Source of the DNA: Chrysomallon squamiferum
Lineage: Eukaryota; Animalia; Mollusca
Assembly (NCBI GenBank): GCA_012295275.1
Contig: CM022665.1
Span: 5,642,001-5,706,000 of the forward strand
Reading direction: 5' to 3'
DNA: 64,000 nucleotides
In this document: positions 45,024 through 60,300 of the stretch, one piece after another
Layout of the letters: the number at the start of each line of letters is the position of its first letter
Numbering within the stretch: position 1 is the first letter of the stretch
The notes under the pieces: generated by a model
The model's input: only the letters and a program-made list of their open reading frames with translations
Databases searched by the model: none
Told to the model about the DNA's origin: nothing
Program-made: the position numbers and the translations under genes

Positions 45024-46297
45024 TTTATTAATTATGAAAAAAGAAATAAAAAGTATTTTGTTTATTTATATAAAAATTATGTGTGCATGTTTATGCACTA
45101 GTAGTGAAATATAAAAGTGCATTATGTAAACTCAAGTTTTACTGTTAAAGTCAAGGGTTAATAGGTCAGTTGTTATGCATATCCGTTTCTAATTTAGTGG
45201 ATTTGTTCTTTAAGTTGTTTTTTTTTCACTTTTTTTTTATATTCTTTGTATTTTTACTGTGTATTTATCACTTTAAAACTAATAAAACTGAATATTTTTA
45301 TGACGAAAATGTTTGAATATTGTACTTGCCTATGTATGTACGTGTGTGTGTGTGTATTACTTATATATGTGTCTAGATGCTTACAAGTAAACTAGTATTT
45401 GCACACACACATACACAGATATATTTATACATAACTGAGAATACTTTGTATTACAGTTATTGGATGCTTTTCTGGTTAAAAGTAAAAGCAAATGTTAACA
45501 AAAAGAAAATGTAATTATTCAAACAACTGAATACAAGATTAATATCTTACCACCTGTCTGTCTGTCTGTCCATATAATTTATAATTGATTTCTTGAACTG
45601 AATGCCTTTTATCTCTATATGATCATTGGTTTTCTACTTTTTTACATTTTATTTTTTATAATTTTATTTTTTTGGGGGGGGCCTTTGGATGTGTTCTACA
45701 ACTCTAATTAGGCTTCATTTATATTTTTTTATTAAATTCACTTTAATTTACATTTATTTATTTATCTATTTATTATATTTGTATTTATCTAGTTTCATTT
45801 TCTTTCTTTCTTTAGTTTTATTATATTTATTTATAAACTATTATTTATATTGATTTACATATTTATTTACTGCTATTTTTATTTACTTACTTACAGATTC
45901 AGCTGAGTATTGCATTCGAGCTACAGGTAAATACAACATCAACGGAATCAACAGGGACGATAGAGTGGAACATTGTGTCTCCAGAAGACACACATTACCT
46001 ACTAAGATATCACAGAACTGGAGGAATCTTTTTGTCAAACGCTTCCTTTGACGCACCATACAACACAAGTAAAATCATCTGTACATTAGACACCTTGTAC
46101 CCAGGAGTTAACTATACGTTTTACATCTCCAGAAATGTTGATGATGCAAGTGGAAGAATTTACACTGGATCATTCAATACAGGTAATATTTAATTACAAG
46201 CGGTCAGCTTGTATTACTGTTGTTGTTGTTGTTGTTCTTTTTTGAGTGCATGTGCTTTTCCATTCATACATGAATTGTTTTTGGTTATGGTCATTTT

Positions 46298-46347
<50 letters not shown>

Positions 46348-46587
46348 TGCATGAATTGTTTATTAATTATAGTGTGTGGTTCTGCTTGATACCCATAGAT
46401 ACGATAATACATCTGTCAATAATGTTAAACTTTAAAAAAGTCTGTAAATGTCAAAATATTGTCAATGGATTCCAAGACCATGTATTGTCAAAAAACTATC
46501 TATTCCATTTTATTTCAAAATGCAAACTTTGTTCACATTTTCACATAAGATTATATTCCTGTAATATTAAAACTAACCCATCCATAA

Positions 46588-46641
<54 letters not shown>

Positions 46642-48702
46642 TATGTGTATTTTATAATATTGATTCTTATCTCTTTTTTTTCATTTCTTTACTATTGTTT
46701 TTTTCTCCCTTTGGGTCCCTTGTCTTATTATCAAAGCCCGAAATATATGTATTTTCCTGTCAGTTGGAAGGTACTCATAAAAAAATATCATCTTGCTAAT
46801 GGAAAAAAATATATATAACAGGTTGCTTTTAAAGGCCACAAATCAGAAATAATCAAATGTTTGTAATTATACAAAATAATCAGTATGTTTTAATGATGTT
46901 CTTTCACAAAACAACCTGAGAACATGACAACAAATGTATTCTGTTACTCTATCAGTTGATTAACAATGACAATGATCTAAAATAAACTTGCTGGTAGTAA
47001 TATTGCCATCGCATGGAGTAAAATCAATGGAATAATGTTAGGGTTACATATAGATGTGTTATCAACATTTTGTTTTCCTAGCTACAAAGTGTATTAGACA
47101 TTTTATTGATGTTTTTCCATACTTTGAATGGCTCCATTATGGTTTTAATCTGTTATATTTAGATTCATGTTGTTAGCATTAGTTCTTCCATCAGAAACCT
47201 TTTCTGTTTTTTCATTTGATCAGAAATATTTTAAGCTTTTTTTTTTTTCTTTTTTTATCTCTGTTGTTGGTTTTGTTTTAATGGAGCTGTTGGTTTTTTT
47301 GTTTTTTTTGTTTGTTTGTATTTTAGAAACAATTTTTAATTCATACAGTTGGTAAAAATAAATATATAAATAAATATATAAATAAATATATAAATAAATC
47401 TGTTATAATATATAAATGAATATGAATAAATCTTAATTGTAATTTAGAACTTTGGATTATATTCAAGAACAAAGGCATGTAATTTGTTATTCTTTTTTAA
47501 ATCCGGAATGTAATTTTTGTAATACCTAAATTGATTTTTCAGAATTTTATAGCAGAAAATAATCATTCTTAAAATTAGATCTTGAACTTCAGAAACAATT
47601 TAAAAAAATAAAAAAATACATTTAAAATTTTCTTATAAAAATGAAGATAATTAATAATTATAACAACAAAACTTCAAAAGAAGATAATTTTAGACAGATA
47701 ACTAATAAGATACTGGGTAACCATAAATATATAATAATAATAATAATAACAATAATAATAATATAATAATGATATTGTTAATAATAATGACATAATGATA
47801 AATAAATAAATAAATAAATAAATTGTTTTACAGTTCCTCTACCACCTGAAAACATTGATGTCATCGGTCGCAGCTCATCATCCCTCCAACTTACCTGGAA
47901 CACCAACTACAACAGCACACAGGAATATCACAACATCATGTACATTGATAATAATAGTGACGTTGCTAATCAAACACCGATCACAGTCACTGGGTCAGCA
48001 GCAACAGAGTTTAACCTGACAGGGCTTCTGCCTGGACACAACTACAGCATCATTGTCATCGCCGTCACAGGTGATAAGAAGAGCAATCAGTCTGAGATTT
48101 TTACAACAGTAACAGGTACGCTGCTCATCTGTATATCATTATGTTTTAGAGGACAGGTATAAAATTATTTTAAATGCAAAGCAGTAAAATAGGTGAAAAA
48201 AAAGAAGATAAAAAAATAAAAATAAAAATAAAAATTTTAAATGTAAGATGTGATAAAACAGGTAAGAAATTAATTTTGATACTGTAATGTTGTTATTATA
48301 ACAGCTATGAATGGTTATTAAATTATTTTCAAAATAATAACTGTAATATTCTGTTTAGAATAGATAAAGAAATGTTTAATATATTATTATGGTTTCAGAA
48401 CAGATAAAAAGGGGTTTTTTTTGCGGGGGGAGGGTTGTTGAGTGTTGTTTTTTTTAACCTAATATTATTGTATAAGAATACTTAAGTGTCCCGTGAAAAA
48501 TTATTTTAAACATATCTTTTTTCAGAACAATTAATTGGACAATATTATACTCATTGACAGAAGTAACTTTACCAATGTGCAGTTTCAGTATTAGTAAAGA
48601 ATATTATGAAATATAGAGAATATTTTTAATTCAGTAAATAAAGAAATAGTTGTCATTTAGAATTTTTTTTGTTTGTGACTTTTATTTTTTTAATTTTTTT
48701 AA

Positions 48703-48776
<74 letters not shown>

Positions 48777-50772
48777 GTTTAATACTCCATTTAAATTGTT
48801 ATATATAAAATTTAACATATTTCCAAACACTTCATAATTTTCTTTACTGTCAGCAGTATCATAGTTATGTATAATTTGTTTACATTCATACAAAATCTTT
48901 ATTAATTGCATACAAAATACATTAAACCTAAATTAAAATGTAAAAATTTATTTTGTTTATTTTAGCACCTGCTGAACCCCAAAACTTCACTGTCAGGGCA
49001 TTGAATACAACTCATCTTAAAGCCATATGGGAACAAGCAGAAAACAGCATAGATGTAAATTTTTTGTATTCAAATTTTCAGTTAATTCAGAATAGAAAAA
49101 TAATGTATGGTCATAAGCCTATTATATATATTTTAGAAGTGACTAATTTTAAGGATATAATATTTTTAAAATATTTAAATAAAATTTTAAATATTTATGT
49201 TTTAAAATTTATAAATATATAATTATTTTATTTTATTCTATTTTATTTTATTTTTAATTAATTAGTTAATTATTTTATTTATTTATTCTTTCTGAATTGT
49301 GTATGACTTTTAAATTTGTTGTTCTTGTTTTAATTATACCTAGTTTTATTCATATAAAATAAAAATAAATAAAATACTTGTACATTTTTAAAAAGATGAA
49401 AAAAGAAAATGTAAATAAAATTAATTTAATTTTATTGTATTTTATTTAAATTTATTTAATTTTTATAAATTTTTCTATTACTATTTATTTATTTATTTTT
49501 AATTTTATTTTTATTTTTTATTTTTATATATTCTATTTTATTTTATTTTATTTTATTTTGTTTTATTTCATTTCATTTCATTTCATTTTATTTTATTTTA
49601 TTTACTTACTACTGTAGGATGGTTACTCAGTGAAGTTCTCAGATCCAGGCAAAGAGCCAGAGAACACAGCATCATGTGACATGAGTCCACCTTGCATCTT
49701 TGCACCTGGCGGTACACCAGGTCAGCTGTTCACGGTCAAGGTGTATGCACACAGAGACAGTATTCTCAGCATCCCAGCAACCACTAACCACAACACACGT
49801 ACGTATCTAAGTACATACAGCTTGTGGAATAATCATACAGTAGTTCACAGGGTTGTTTCATTCTCAATTTAGTAGTTTTGTATTTGTATTTTAATTTCTT
49901 AATTTAAATGTTTTGGGATTTTTTTTTATAGTTGTTGTTGTTGTTGTTGTTGTTGTTTTCTTCTTGTTGTTGTTGTTGTTATTATTATTATTATTATTAC
50001 TTAACTTTTATCTGATTTTATGATTTATTTATTTACCTACATTTTTCTTTATGTATTTTTGTTCTATTTTTTTTCTTCTTGTTATTATTGTTTATTTATT
50101 TTTATTTATCTATTATTGTTATTTTTTTGTTTATTGTAGAGTTTGGTAATAATTGCCAGTAAAAAATGTCTAGACACTAGAACAACAACAGAAGTCTTTA
50201 AAAAACCAGAAACATGTTTCTAGACAATTAATAATAAATTCATTCTTTCATTTAGCTACAGAATATATTATCATAGACCATTTTATTTTTAGGATTTCTT
50301 TTGACTTCAGTTTGCTATTGCTATCTGAAGTACACTCTCTGTTTCAAAGTAGCAATTTTTAAATGTAAAAAATTATTTTTCATATCTTTTTGAAAAGTTA
50401 TTATTTTTTAATAATTATTGTAACTTTTTCATATCTTCAGAGCCAAGACCTGTTACAGTGTGGTCAGGTTCAGAGGGAGAAAGGGCAATTTCTTTTTCCT
50501 GGGAGTCTGTGATGCATACATACTTCGACAGATACCGTCTGGAAATTGTTGATACAGAGACCACCACCAAGGAGGTTTACAATGTGCCTAAAACTCAGAC
50601 TTCATTTACGAAAACTGACTTGAAAGGGGGACTACTCTACACGATACACCTGTACACAGAAACCCTAACTGAGAAGAGTGCTCCTATTACCAAGTTACTT
50701 GTTGCTTGTAAGTCTGTGTATAGTTTGTGAAATGTTTTTAATACTGTGTAATTTAAAAAACAAATTAATATA

Positions 50773-50815
<43 letters not shown>

Positions 50816-51795
50816 TGATATTAATATTAATATTATTATTGATAATAACTATTATTAAAATTACTATTATTATTTATTATTATTATTTTTAACATTGTTG
50901 GCTGTATTTTTAAAAGTATTCAGAAGTTCCTGTAATGTTCTGCTTTTTTCAGTATGCATTAAACTATAAAAAAATAAATAACAATGAGGTAATTATTAAC
51001 AGAATTGCCACATCCACAAATGTATTTATTTCATTTCTTATATACATGTAGACAGACAGATAGATATGTTGGTGGATATAATGATGCCAGGAAAAAGTAA
51101 TAAAATAGCTACCTTGTTGCATGGGAATATATAACATTAACATACTGATTTTGCATTCTTGCTTGTAGCTTTGAAATTGGTCTTTTTTTCCCTTCAAAGT
51201 GTAGTCCTGTCTTTCAGTTTATTGTAATAGTAGCAGTAGGAGTAGTAATAGAAGTCATAGTTGTTGTTGTCGTTGTAAATAAATACATTTTATTATTTAT
51301 TTATTTATTGTTTATAGTACCTGAACCAGTTCAGAACCTACAAGGGGAAGGCTTGAACACAACTGCTCTGTCAGCATCGTGGACACTTCCTAAGAACTCG
51401 ATAATTAAGGCGATTAAAGTGATGGTGAGCAAACCTACTGGTGGACAACACAACCTAACCTACCCCAAATCAACACAACAGATTACAGTTGGCAGTCTTT
51501 TACCAGGAGCTGTTTATGATGTCACCGTAATTGTGGTATCTAATTCCAGAGAAAGTGCAGGAATTACAAGGCAGTTTGGAACAAGTGAGTAGAGTCAGCG
51601 AGGCATCATTTTATTTATATAGGGCACCCTAGGGTGGCATGTGCCTTAGTATAAAATACAGTGAATATCCACAATATCTCTCTCTCTCTCTCATGTGGTA
51701 TATAACTTAGGATTATTATTGATATTATTATTAATATTATTATTATTATCAGTATCAGTGTCATTATTATCATTATCATTATTATTATTATATTA

Positions 51796-51878
<83 letters not shown>

Positions 51879-54800
51879 GTTGTTGTTATAAATTTCAGAA
51901 CCATATCCGCCAGTTATTGGGACTGTTCATTCTGATGAGACAGATGTCACTGTCACTCTGGTGTTACCAAGTGAAGGGATGTTTGATTACCTCACCATTC
52001 AGATCCAAGGAATAATTGATATCAGGTTTGTACGAGTTATGTAATCAGCATTAAATATCTTATTTTGTGCTACCATTATAACCACTGATTTAAATAAAAT
52101 AATAATAATAATAATAATTTCAATATGACATTAAACATGTTGAGTGCATTGTTAAAATTTAAATAAATAGTTAAGAATTTTTATTAAAAAATAAATATTC
52201 CAAATTTACATTTCACTTTGTCTCTTTCAAAATCAAGGATGTGTGTATTTGGTATACTTGATGTGGTGAACTGTTTGATTCCACTCGAATCTTTTATTAA
52301 CAATTTTTAAAATTTTATTTTTATAATAAATTTTAAAAGTCATTTAAATGTGATACTTATTTATATTTTGAACATTGTGTTTTATAAACTTTTGAAATTT
52401 TTTTCATACTGTTTCACTTAATTTAATTTTACCAATAGCTGGGATGTCATTAAACATTCAGTTGTTCATTAACTTTCTGTATATCAGCATAACTGGCAGT
52501 ATTGAGACACAGTATATGTATTGAAATGTATATATTCATTCATTTATTTGCTGATTGTTACAAAAAAAAAATAAAAAATAATAATAATAATGTTTCATGC
52601 ATTTATTTATTTATTAATTCATTTGCTGACTATCAACAAAAATGTTTATACATTTATCCTTATGCTGAATTTCTTTTCTTTTTTTTCAAAAATGAATTTC
52701 AGAAATGTTAGCAAGGATTCTCCTATGGCTAAGTTTGTGGGTTTGAGTGAGGGAACTGAGTATGTGGTGGAGGCACATTCAGTCAGTGGGAAACAGACTA
52801 GTGACAGTGTTGTGAAAACGTTCTTCACAAGTTAGTCTAAAGAATTTGTTTTCTTCTTTTCATTAATTCTTTTTCATGTCTTTAAAGTGACTGAGGGCAA
52901 ATTCAAAACTACAGCAGTTTGCTGATATTTATATTAAAGATGGTTAAAAGTGTAACTGGTTTTTATATATTTTTTGCTGTTTTAATTGTTTGTCTTTAAA
53001 GAGGTTCAGGACAATTTCAAAATTAATGCTGTCTGCCAGTATTTATTTTAAAGCAGTTTAAATGTTGTTGTTTTTTTTTTTTTTTTAAAGGTTTTTAATT
53101 ATTGAGGGGGAATTTCAGAACCATCGTAGTTAAATTTTGATACATCCTGATATACAAAGTGGTAATTGTGCTTATGCAAGTAATATAAGTGTCAAATTTT
53201 AACCAACACGAAACATGCAGGTTTTTTCATTTAATTTCTGTGAATATTATGATGGCTGTCCGGACATGCCTGATATTATTCAAATATTATTTAACAGAAC
53301 CAAGACCTCCTACCAACATAGTGGTGTCATCTTCGAACTCAACGACAGTGGAGGTGACTTGGGGACCTCCTGACAGAGGCAGTGCTTCCAACTACACCGT
53401 CACTATTATTCCAACAGACGGCAGTGGGCAGTCAGCAACTGTCGTCACTGACCACACTGCGTGGACTTTCTATGACCGGGAAGCAGGGCAGACATACAAT
53501 GTCACCATAGTTACCAACCTGGGTGGAGTTGATAGCGTACCTGTTCAGAGACACGTTACCACAAGTAAGTATTACACGTCTGCGCTGAAGTCTTGATATT
53601 TGTGTTGTAGATTGATTTTCACTGTTGTTTAGTTAATTGTTTCGTTTTTTTTAATCTATAATTTATTTGTGTGTTTCTTTAATTAAATAAATATGTTGAG
53701 AAAAAAAGCAATACCTTGGAATGTGATATTAAAGTTTATATGTTTGTATGTTAACTATTTTTGTTACATTTCTTGTTCACTTGCTTTTCGTTTATGTTGA
53801 AAGTTAAATTTTGCAAAACAAGAAAATAAATATAATTTTTATATTAAATAAAGAAATGTAGAATAAATTAAAGTTAATTTTTAAAATATGAAAACATTAC
53901 TATTTTGACTGATGTTGATTTTTCAAAACATGAAAACAGATATTAAGTAAAAAAAATATATAATAAATAAAAATTCATTTAGAAAATATTATGATTTTAA
54001 TTTTCAGAATTTTCCTTTAGATAGAAAAATAAATTTTGTGAAAAATTTATATATGTTAATAAATTATAAATAATTTTTAAAATGTTGAAGAATTACTGAA
54101 TCCTATGAAACATGTACATTTTTAACAAATGTTTAAGAAGTTAAAAGTAATTGGAAAAAATTTTAATTTTTTTAATTTTGAAGGATAATATCTTTTAAAA
54201 TCTTGAGGCTATTTAATTTAAAGTCAAATTTTTTACTTCATCTGAATTTCAAAAATGTTTCCTGAGGCTCAGGAAGTATTTTTTTGATTGGTCAACATTA
54301 GTAAACATTATTATTTCCCCTACGTATTTTGACATCTTAATGTCAGATTTTTCATTTGCTTAAATAAATCAAATTTTATGAGTTAAGAAATAGGTCTCAA
54401 GTAAAATTTTACTATGTATTTTTAGAAATAAACCCTTTGTATTATGAATATAAATTTAAAAAATGTTTTGTTCCTTTCACCTTTAGTATTCATTTCACAA
54501 GCTTTACTTCCACTTTTTCTATTTATCTGTTATTGTTATTACTATCATTATTGTTATCATTATTATTATTATGATTATTAATATTATCATTAACATTGTT
54601 GTTGTTGTTGTTGTTATTATTATTTCTGTTTTCTTTTCATATATATAAAAAAAAATTTAAACTTCTAAAATGGCGGATGATTAAAAAATATATATATATA
54701 TTTTTTTTTTCCCCCATAAAAGAACATTTTTATTGTTCTGCTTTTGTAAAAATAAAATAAATAAAATAAAATAAAATAAATGTTTTAATATTTATCATTT

Positions 54801-55269
54801 CATCATGTTAGAAATCTGTTTGTCATCATTATTCTTTTAATTACATCATTTAATATCTATTAGTCAGCATCTACTTAATTATTTCTTTCAGCACTGTATT
54901 TTGATTCTGAATTGTCAACTGTTGTTCGTTTCAGCACCGTTTCCTGTTACCCGAATCTGGGTAGCAGCGAAAGGAACCAATTTTGTTGCTTTTCAGTGGG
55001 AAATTCCCACAGGCACATCGTACCACCATTTTGTGTACGATCTTCCTGCTGCAAACATAACACACAAATCTATCCCCATTTCTCCCATGATGGAAACCAT
55101 TAAAAACCTCGAACCTGGGACAGACTATGTCCTAGTTCTCTATGTTGTTAGTCGCACAGCCATTGGGGAAGATCTTCCGAGCTCAGGGACATATTTCAAT
55201 TTCTCCACCTGTATGTTAATTCCTATATTGCATACCAATATATTTATTTATATCCATAGGGATCTTGGT

Positions 55270-55311
<42 letters not shown>

Positions 55312-57277
55312 GGGAAATTTATTTATTTATTTCTTAATGGAATTTTGTGTTACCTTTTTTTTTTTTTTTTCTTTTTTTTTTAATGTTTCGATTTGTTATA
55401 TTTACTATTAAATTGTTTTGGGTTTATTTTGGTTTGGGTTTGTGTTTGTTCCTATTGTTTTAAATAATCACACTGTGTCGAAAAAAAGATGGTTTAGAAA
55501 GGGTTTCATGCAATATGTGTTTTTATATTGGTTACTCAAAAAGAAATAATATTTTACATTATTAAATTGTAAGGAAGAAAACCTTTAAAATTATATCATG
55601 TTAGATAACACAGAATGCTAGATTAAATTAAATTAGGTAATATAAAATATTACCGGGTTTGTTCATCAGCTAAATATCTGTCTAGATTAATCATGTATTG
55701 TTATTCCCCAAGAAGTAATCAAATGAATCCCAAAATCCCATTTATCAGTAAAATATTAATCATTATTTGTATTCTTAAGGAAAAATAACATAAGTAAAAT
55801 CTGAACTACATCAATGACAGTTCTTTAGATTTTTATTTCATTACATTTGTTTTAACTAATTTCCTAACTGGTAAATATGTTTGGTTGTTACATCAGTTTC
55901 CCTAGTCTGATTGTCTGTCTGTCTGTATTTACATTTTTTTCCTTTACCTCAGTAGTTTCCTTTTTATTATCCAAACCTCCGACCGTCATTCCATCTGTCT
56001 GTCATTCAGTTAGTTTCATCAGTTAATCTGCCCATCCAAACTTCCACTCATCCATCTATCCACTCATTCTAGCCTGTTTTCATCTGTTCACATGTCCTTC
56101 CCTTTGTAAGTCTATCAATCCAATTAGAAATTATTTTTTTAAACATTTTACTGCCATTTTTTTATTTTTCTATCCTTTATTTCTTTTTATCCACCTATCC
56201 AATGATCTACATATCCATCTAACTACCCATCTATCCACCTACAAAATTAGTGTTTCACAATTACTGTCTCTACCTCTTTTTAAATTTCACATTACATTAC
56301 ATTACGTGGTGTAACAATACCTTTTCATTTTTGTTCCTTATTTTTAAAATATATATATTTTTTCAATACCAGTGGTCATGATGGTGTAGAAAAACTTTGG
56401 TGAATGGCTGTTTGTTGTTTCTTGGATTTTGAGGGGTTATTTATTAAAACAGTATAAACAAAATATGCATACTATTTCTGTGCATAGCATATATTCTCAT
56501 GTTTTATAAATATTTTTATTATGTATATATATTTATTTATTGCATTTTTAGCTGAATATCTCTGCTGAATTGTATTACATAAGCATGATGATTACCAATC
56601 TGCTTTGAAACATGAAAGTTGCAGTGTAGAAGATAGTATTATGATTTGAACAAATTTATTATCAGAATATACAAATGTAATGCTTTATGTAATAACTATT
56701 ATTTGTTAATAACTAAATTTAATTTATAGCTAGATTAATTTTAATAATTTATTCATCATTTTAAACATTAATGAATAATAATTCTCATAAATAATCTAAG
56801 GATTTGATGTTAAATACTTCGAAATGAGCAGGATGAGTTTTGGTTACTTTTATTGCAAATTTACTATTGAATTTTACCAGTATTTAAAAACTGAACAGTA
56901 TAAATATAATTTAACTTCTGTGATTGATTTATATTGTTTGTAGATATTTGCCAGTGACAAATTAACAGTTTCATTTCTTTGCTATTATTTCTTACAATTA
57001 TATCATATTATAATTAGTATGCAAAATTTTCATTAAATATATTTTATAATTGTTCTTTTTACACTGTTCTTTTTCTTTAGACCCAACATCAGTTGCAACT
57101 CTGTCCAAAGTGGAAGTTAACACTACAGCAATACATGTGAACTGGACCAGGCCAGCAGATTCCTTCAACTTTGATTTCTTTTACCTCACCCTGAATCCAG
57201 ACCATGGACCAAATCCAAACATCTCACGTGGACCGTAAGTGAAGAAACATTTGTTTTTTAATTAATTAATTAATTCA

Positions 57278-57323
<46 letters not shown>

Positions 57324-60300
57324 TGTTTCGTTTTGTTTGTGGGGAGGTTTTGTGGGCTTTTCTGTCATTTACTGTAAAGATAAAAATACATTTTATTTAA
57401 CTCCTTTACTGTTTTCCTTAATGCAGGTAAATGTTAATATTCCCTTTTCTTTTAACTTGACAATAATACTAACAATACTGTTTTATTACTGGCAAAATAT
57501 TCAAAAAATAAAATAAAAAATAAATAAAAAATAAATAAAAAATAAATCTGTTGATATACAAAGCATATGTAGACTTTTGATAATGTTTACCACCCACACA
57601 AAAAAAATATAATAAAAAATATCTGGGATACTGTCTTATGGTTTCTAGTATCATCCATTTTTGGTTTTATTTTGTGCATATAACAAAGTAATTACCAAAT
57701 ACAATATTAATTTATTTTTATTCCATTCCAGTGAACATCTTACCCGTTCTAGATACTATTTGTTTTCTCCTGTCTAACAAACACAAACTTAAGAAAATTC
57801 TAAACAATTAAAATGTTTTTGCTAGCAATATTGTAAATAGTGTGTAATTAAAGAGATAACTGATGTTATAATATTAATTTAGTATTTTATCTATTAGTTT
57901 GAAAAAATGTTTTAAATAATCTGTTAAAATCTACTAAAAAGAGTAAATTTTATCTTGTTTTTTTTTTTTTCTTTTTTCTTTATTTTTGTTGTTTTAAATT
58001 ATTTTTTTTTTTTTTTATACATTTTTAATTTTATTTTATATATATATATTTATATTAAATATACTGAATGGTCATGACTGCTATATAACCTTTCTTCTAC
58101 AATAACAATGGTGTACCCATCAGTCCTTTTATCTATTTTTTATTTTCCAGCAGTTTTGTTATATACTTGATCACACAGTCATCATTTATATAAAATAGTT
58201 TATCATTTTCTGTTCTTATCTACACCTGTTTTATGAAATGTCTTTTTGTAACAGCTGTGAAAATGTTACCCATTGCTGGACAGTCGAAAAGTGAGTTTGT
58301 CTCCATAGCATGTACAGCATGAAATATCTCCTGTATCTATCTGCGTTTCCATCTGACTGTTATTTATTAAAAATGTTATTATTAAACTAGTTATATTCAC
58401 TTAAAAGAAATTTTGTAAATATTCATTACGTTCTGTGATAATTTAATTATTTTTATCTTATCGTATTTTTATGATTATTTTGTTGTCAGTATCAGTTCTC
58501 TCCTATTTTAAAAAATGTTTTAAAATTCAGATACAAAATCAAAGGATTTAATTAAACCAGAATTTAAATAATTTTAAAATTTTCGTAACTTAAATGCATA
58601 AATATATAAAGTGTATATATTATAATTAATATAGTAATTGTATTTAATTTGTGTCAGCAGACAGCTAGTAATTAAAATTAACAATATGCTGATAATACAT
58701 CTTTATTCTGGCTTCATCACTTTAACCTCTTCTATGTTATCTTGTACATAATAACTCTAGAGTATAGCAAAACATATATGTTCATGTAAATATTATACAC
58801 CTCTAAGTATATACTAATGTATATGTGTGTCTGTGTATGTGCCTGTTTATGTATATAATATGTATGTGTGTATATGTTTGTATGTATATGCATGTGAACA
58901 TATGTCTAACTGATGTTATATACTTCTAAAAACTTCATATACATATTTATATATAATGTGCTTCACTTAATACATTGTTAACCAAACAACATATACTATA
59001 TCGCTAAACAGAATTAATACAACTATGTAAAGAAATATTTTAAAGTAAGTAAGTTTCCACTGTTTGTCATATTATCTTTAAAAAGAAATTTAAATTCTTA
59101 TATTTCAAACTGTTGAATGTTCACATATTCTTGTTTTAATAGCTACACTTAGAATTATAAGAATTGGATAAGTTATCTTTTATACCACTGACTGTTTCTT
59201 TGCATATTTAGTATCTTTTCTTATAGATTCCTTTTTCTTCTGGATTCTTACTATTTTCTTATATATTTATGATACTGTTTATTCCTTCTTAATATAGCTT
59301 CATTTTTCTTCACATCGTATGAAATCTTGCACATATCTTGTAGATCCTTACCTTTAGAATCGTTTTACAACCTCCAAGATCCTTGCACACATCCTAAGGA
59401 TACTTTGTTACACACCACTTCTAAAACCTTTACAATAATCCATCATCCTTAAATATTCCCTGTGAGGTATTACACATATGTATCACTTCATATTAGTATA
59501 AAGATTTTTTTTTTCTTATTTATTTGTGTATATTAAAAAATATCTTCTTTTTCTTTTTAGTTTCTTTTTTTATGATTATTGAATTTTTCTAGAAAGAAAT
59601 AATAATTAAAAAATTAACAGGAAGTTATGCTGAACAATGATTCAGGAATATTATACCTGTGATTTTAATTCTAATATTTTATCTATTAATTTGATAAACA
59701 TTTAAAATAATCTGTTAGAATCTACTAAGTTTTATCATTTAGTGTGCTCTCTTTCTTTCTTTCTTTATTTATTTATTTATTTATTTCAGTTCAGAAACAT
59801 CATGGTGGTTTGTAGGTCTACAGCCAGGTCAGATTTACAACATTTCAATCAACACATACAAACAAAGAGTTGTGCAGAAAACATGGATTATTGGTGTTCC
59901 CACATTCCTGCTGGTAGCAACAGGTTAGTATAAAAATAAGTTTTCATCATAATACATGTGCAAATTTTTGGAAAGTTAGACATTTCAAAAACTTTAATTT
60001 TGAAGTGATGAAAAGTCCAGAAATTCTGCTTTTATTTTAAAACAAACTGTTCTAAAAAAAACACAAATGGAATATTTCGAACTGTGCATATCCTGAACAA
60101 ATATATTATCTCTCTTTTTAATTATCTTGTAAACTTTGATATTGAAATATCATTTGCACCATAATCCTCCAAATTTTTATTTTAAAATTATAAAGTAAAT
60201 CAAATTAAACAAAAATTATTTATTTAATTTTAACCTTCTTCTTCATCTTACTGCTGCTGTTGTTGTTGTTGATATTAGAATGTTACATACATTCACTGTA

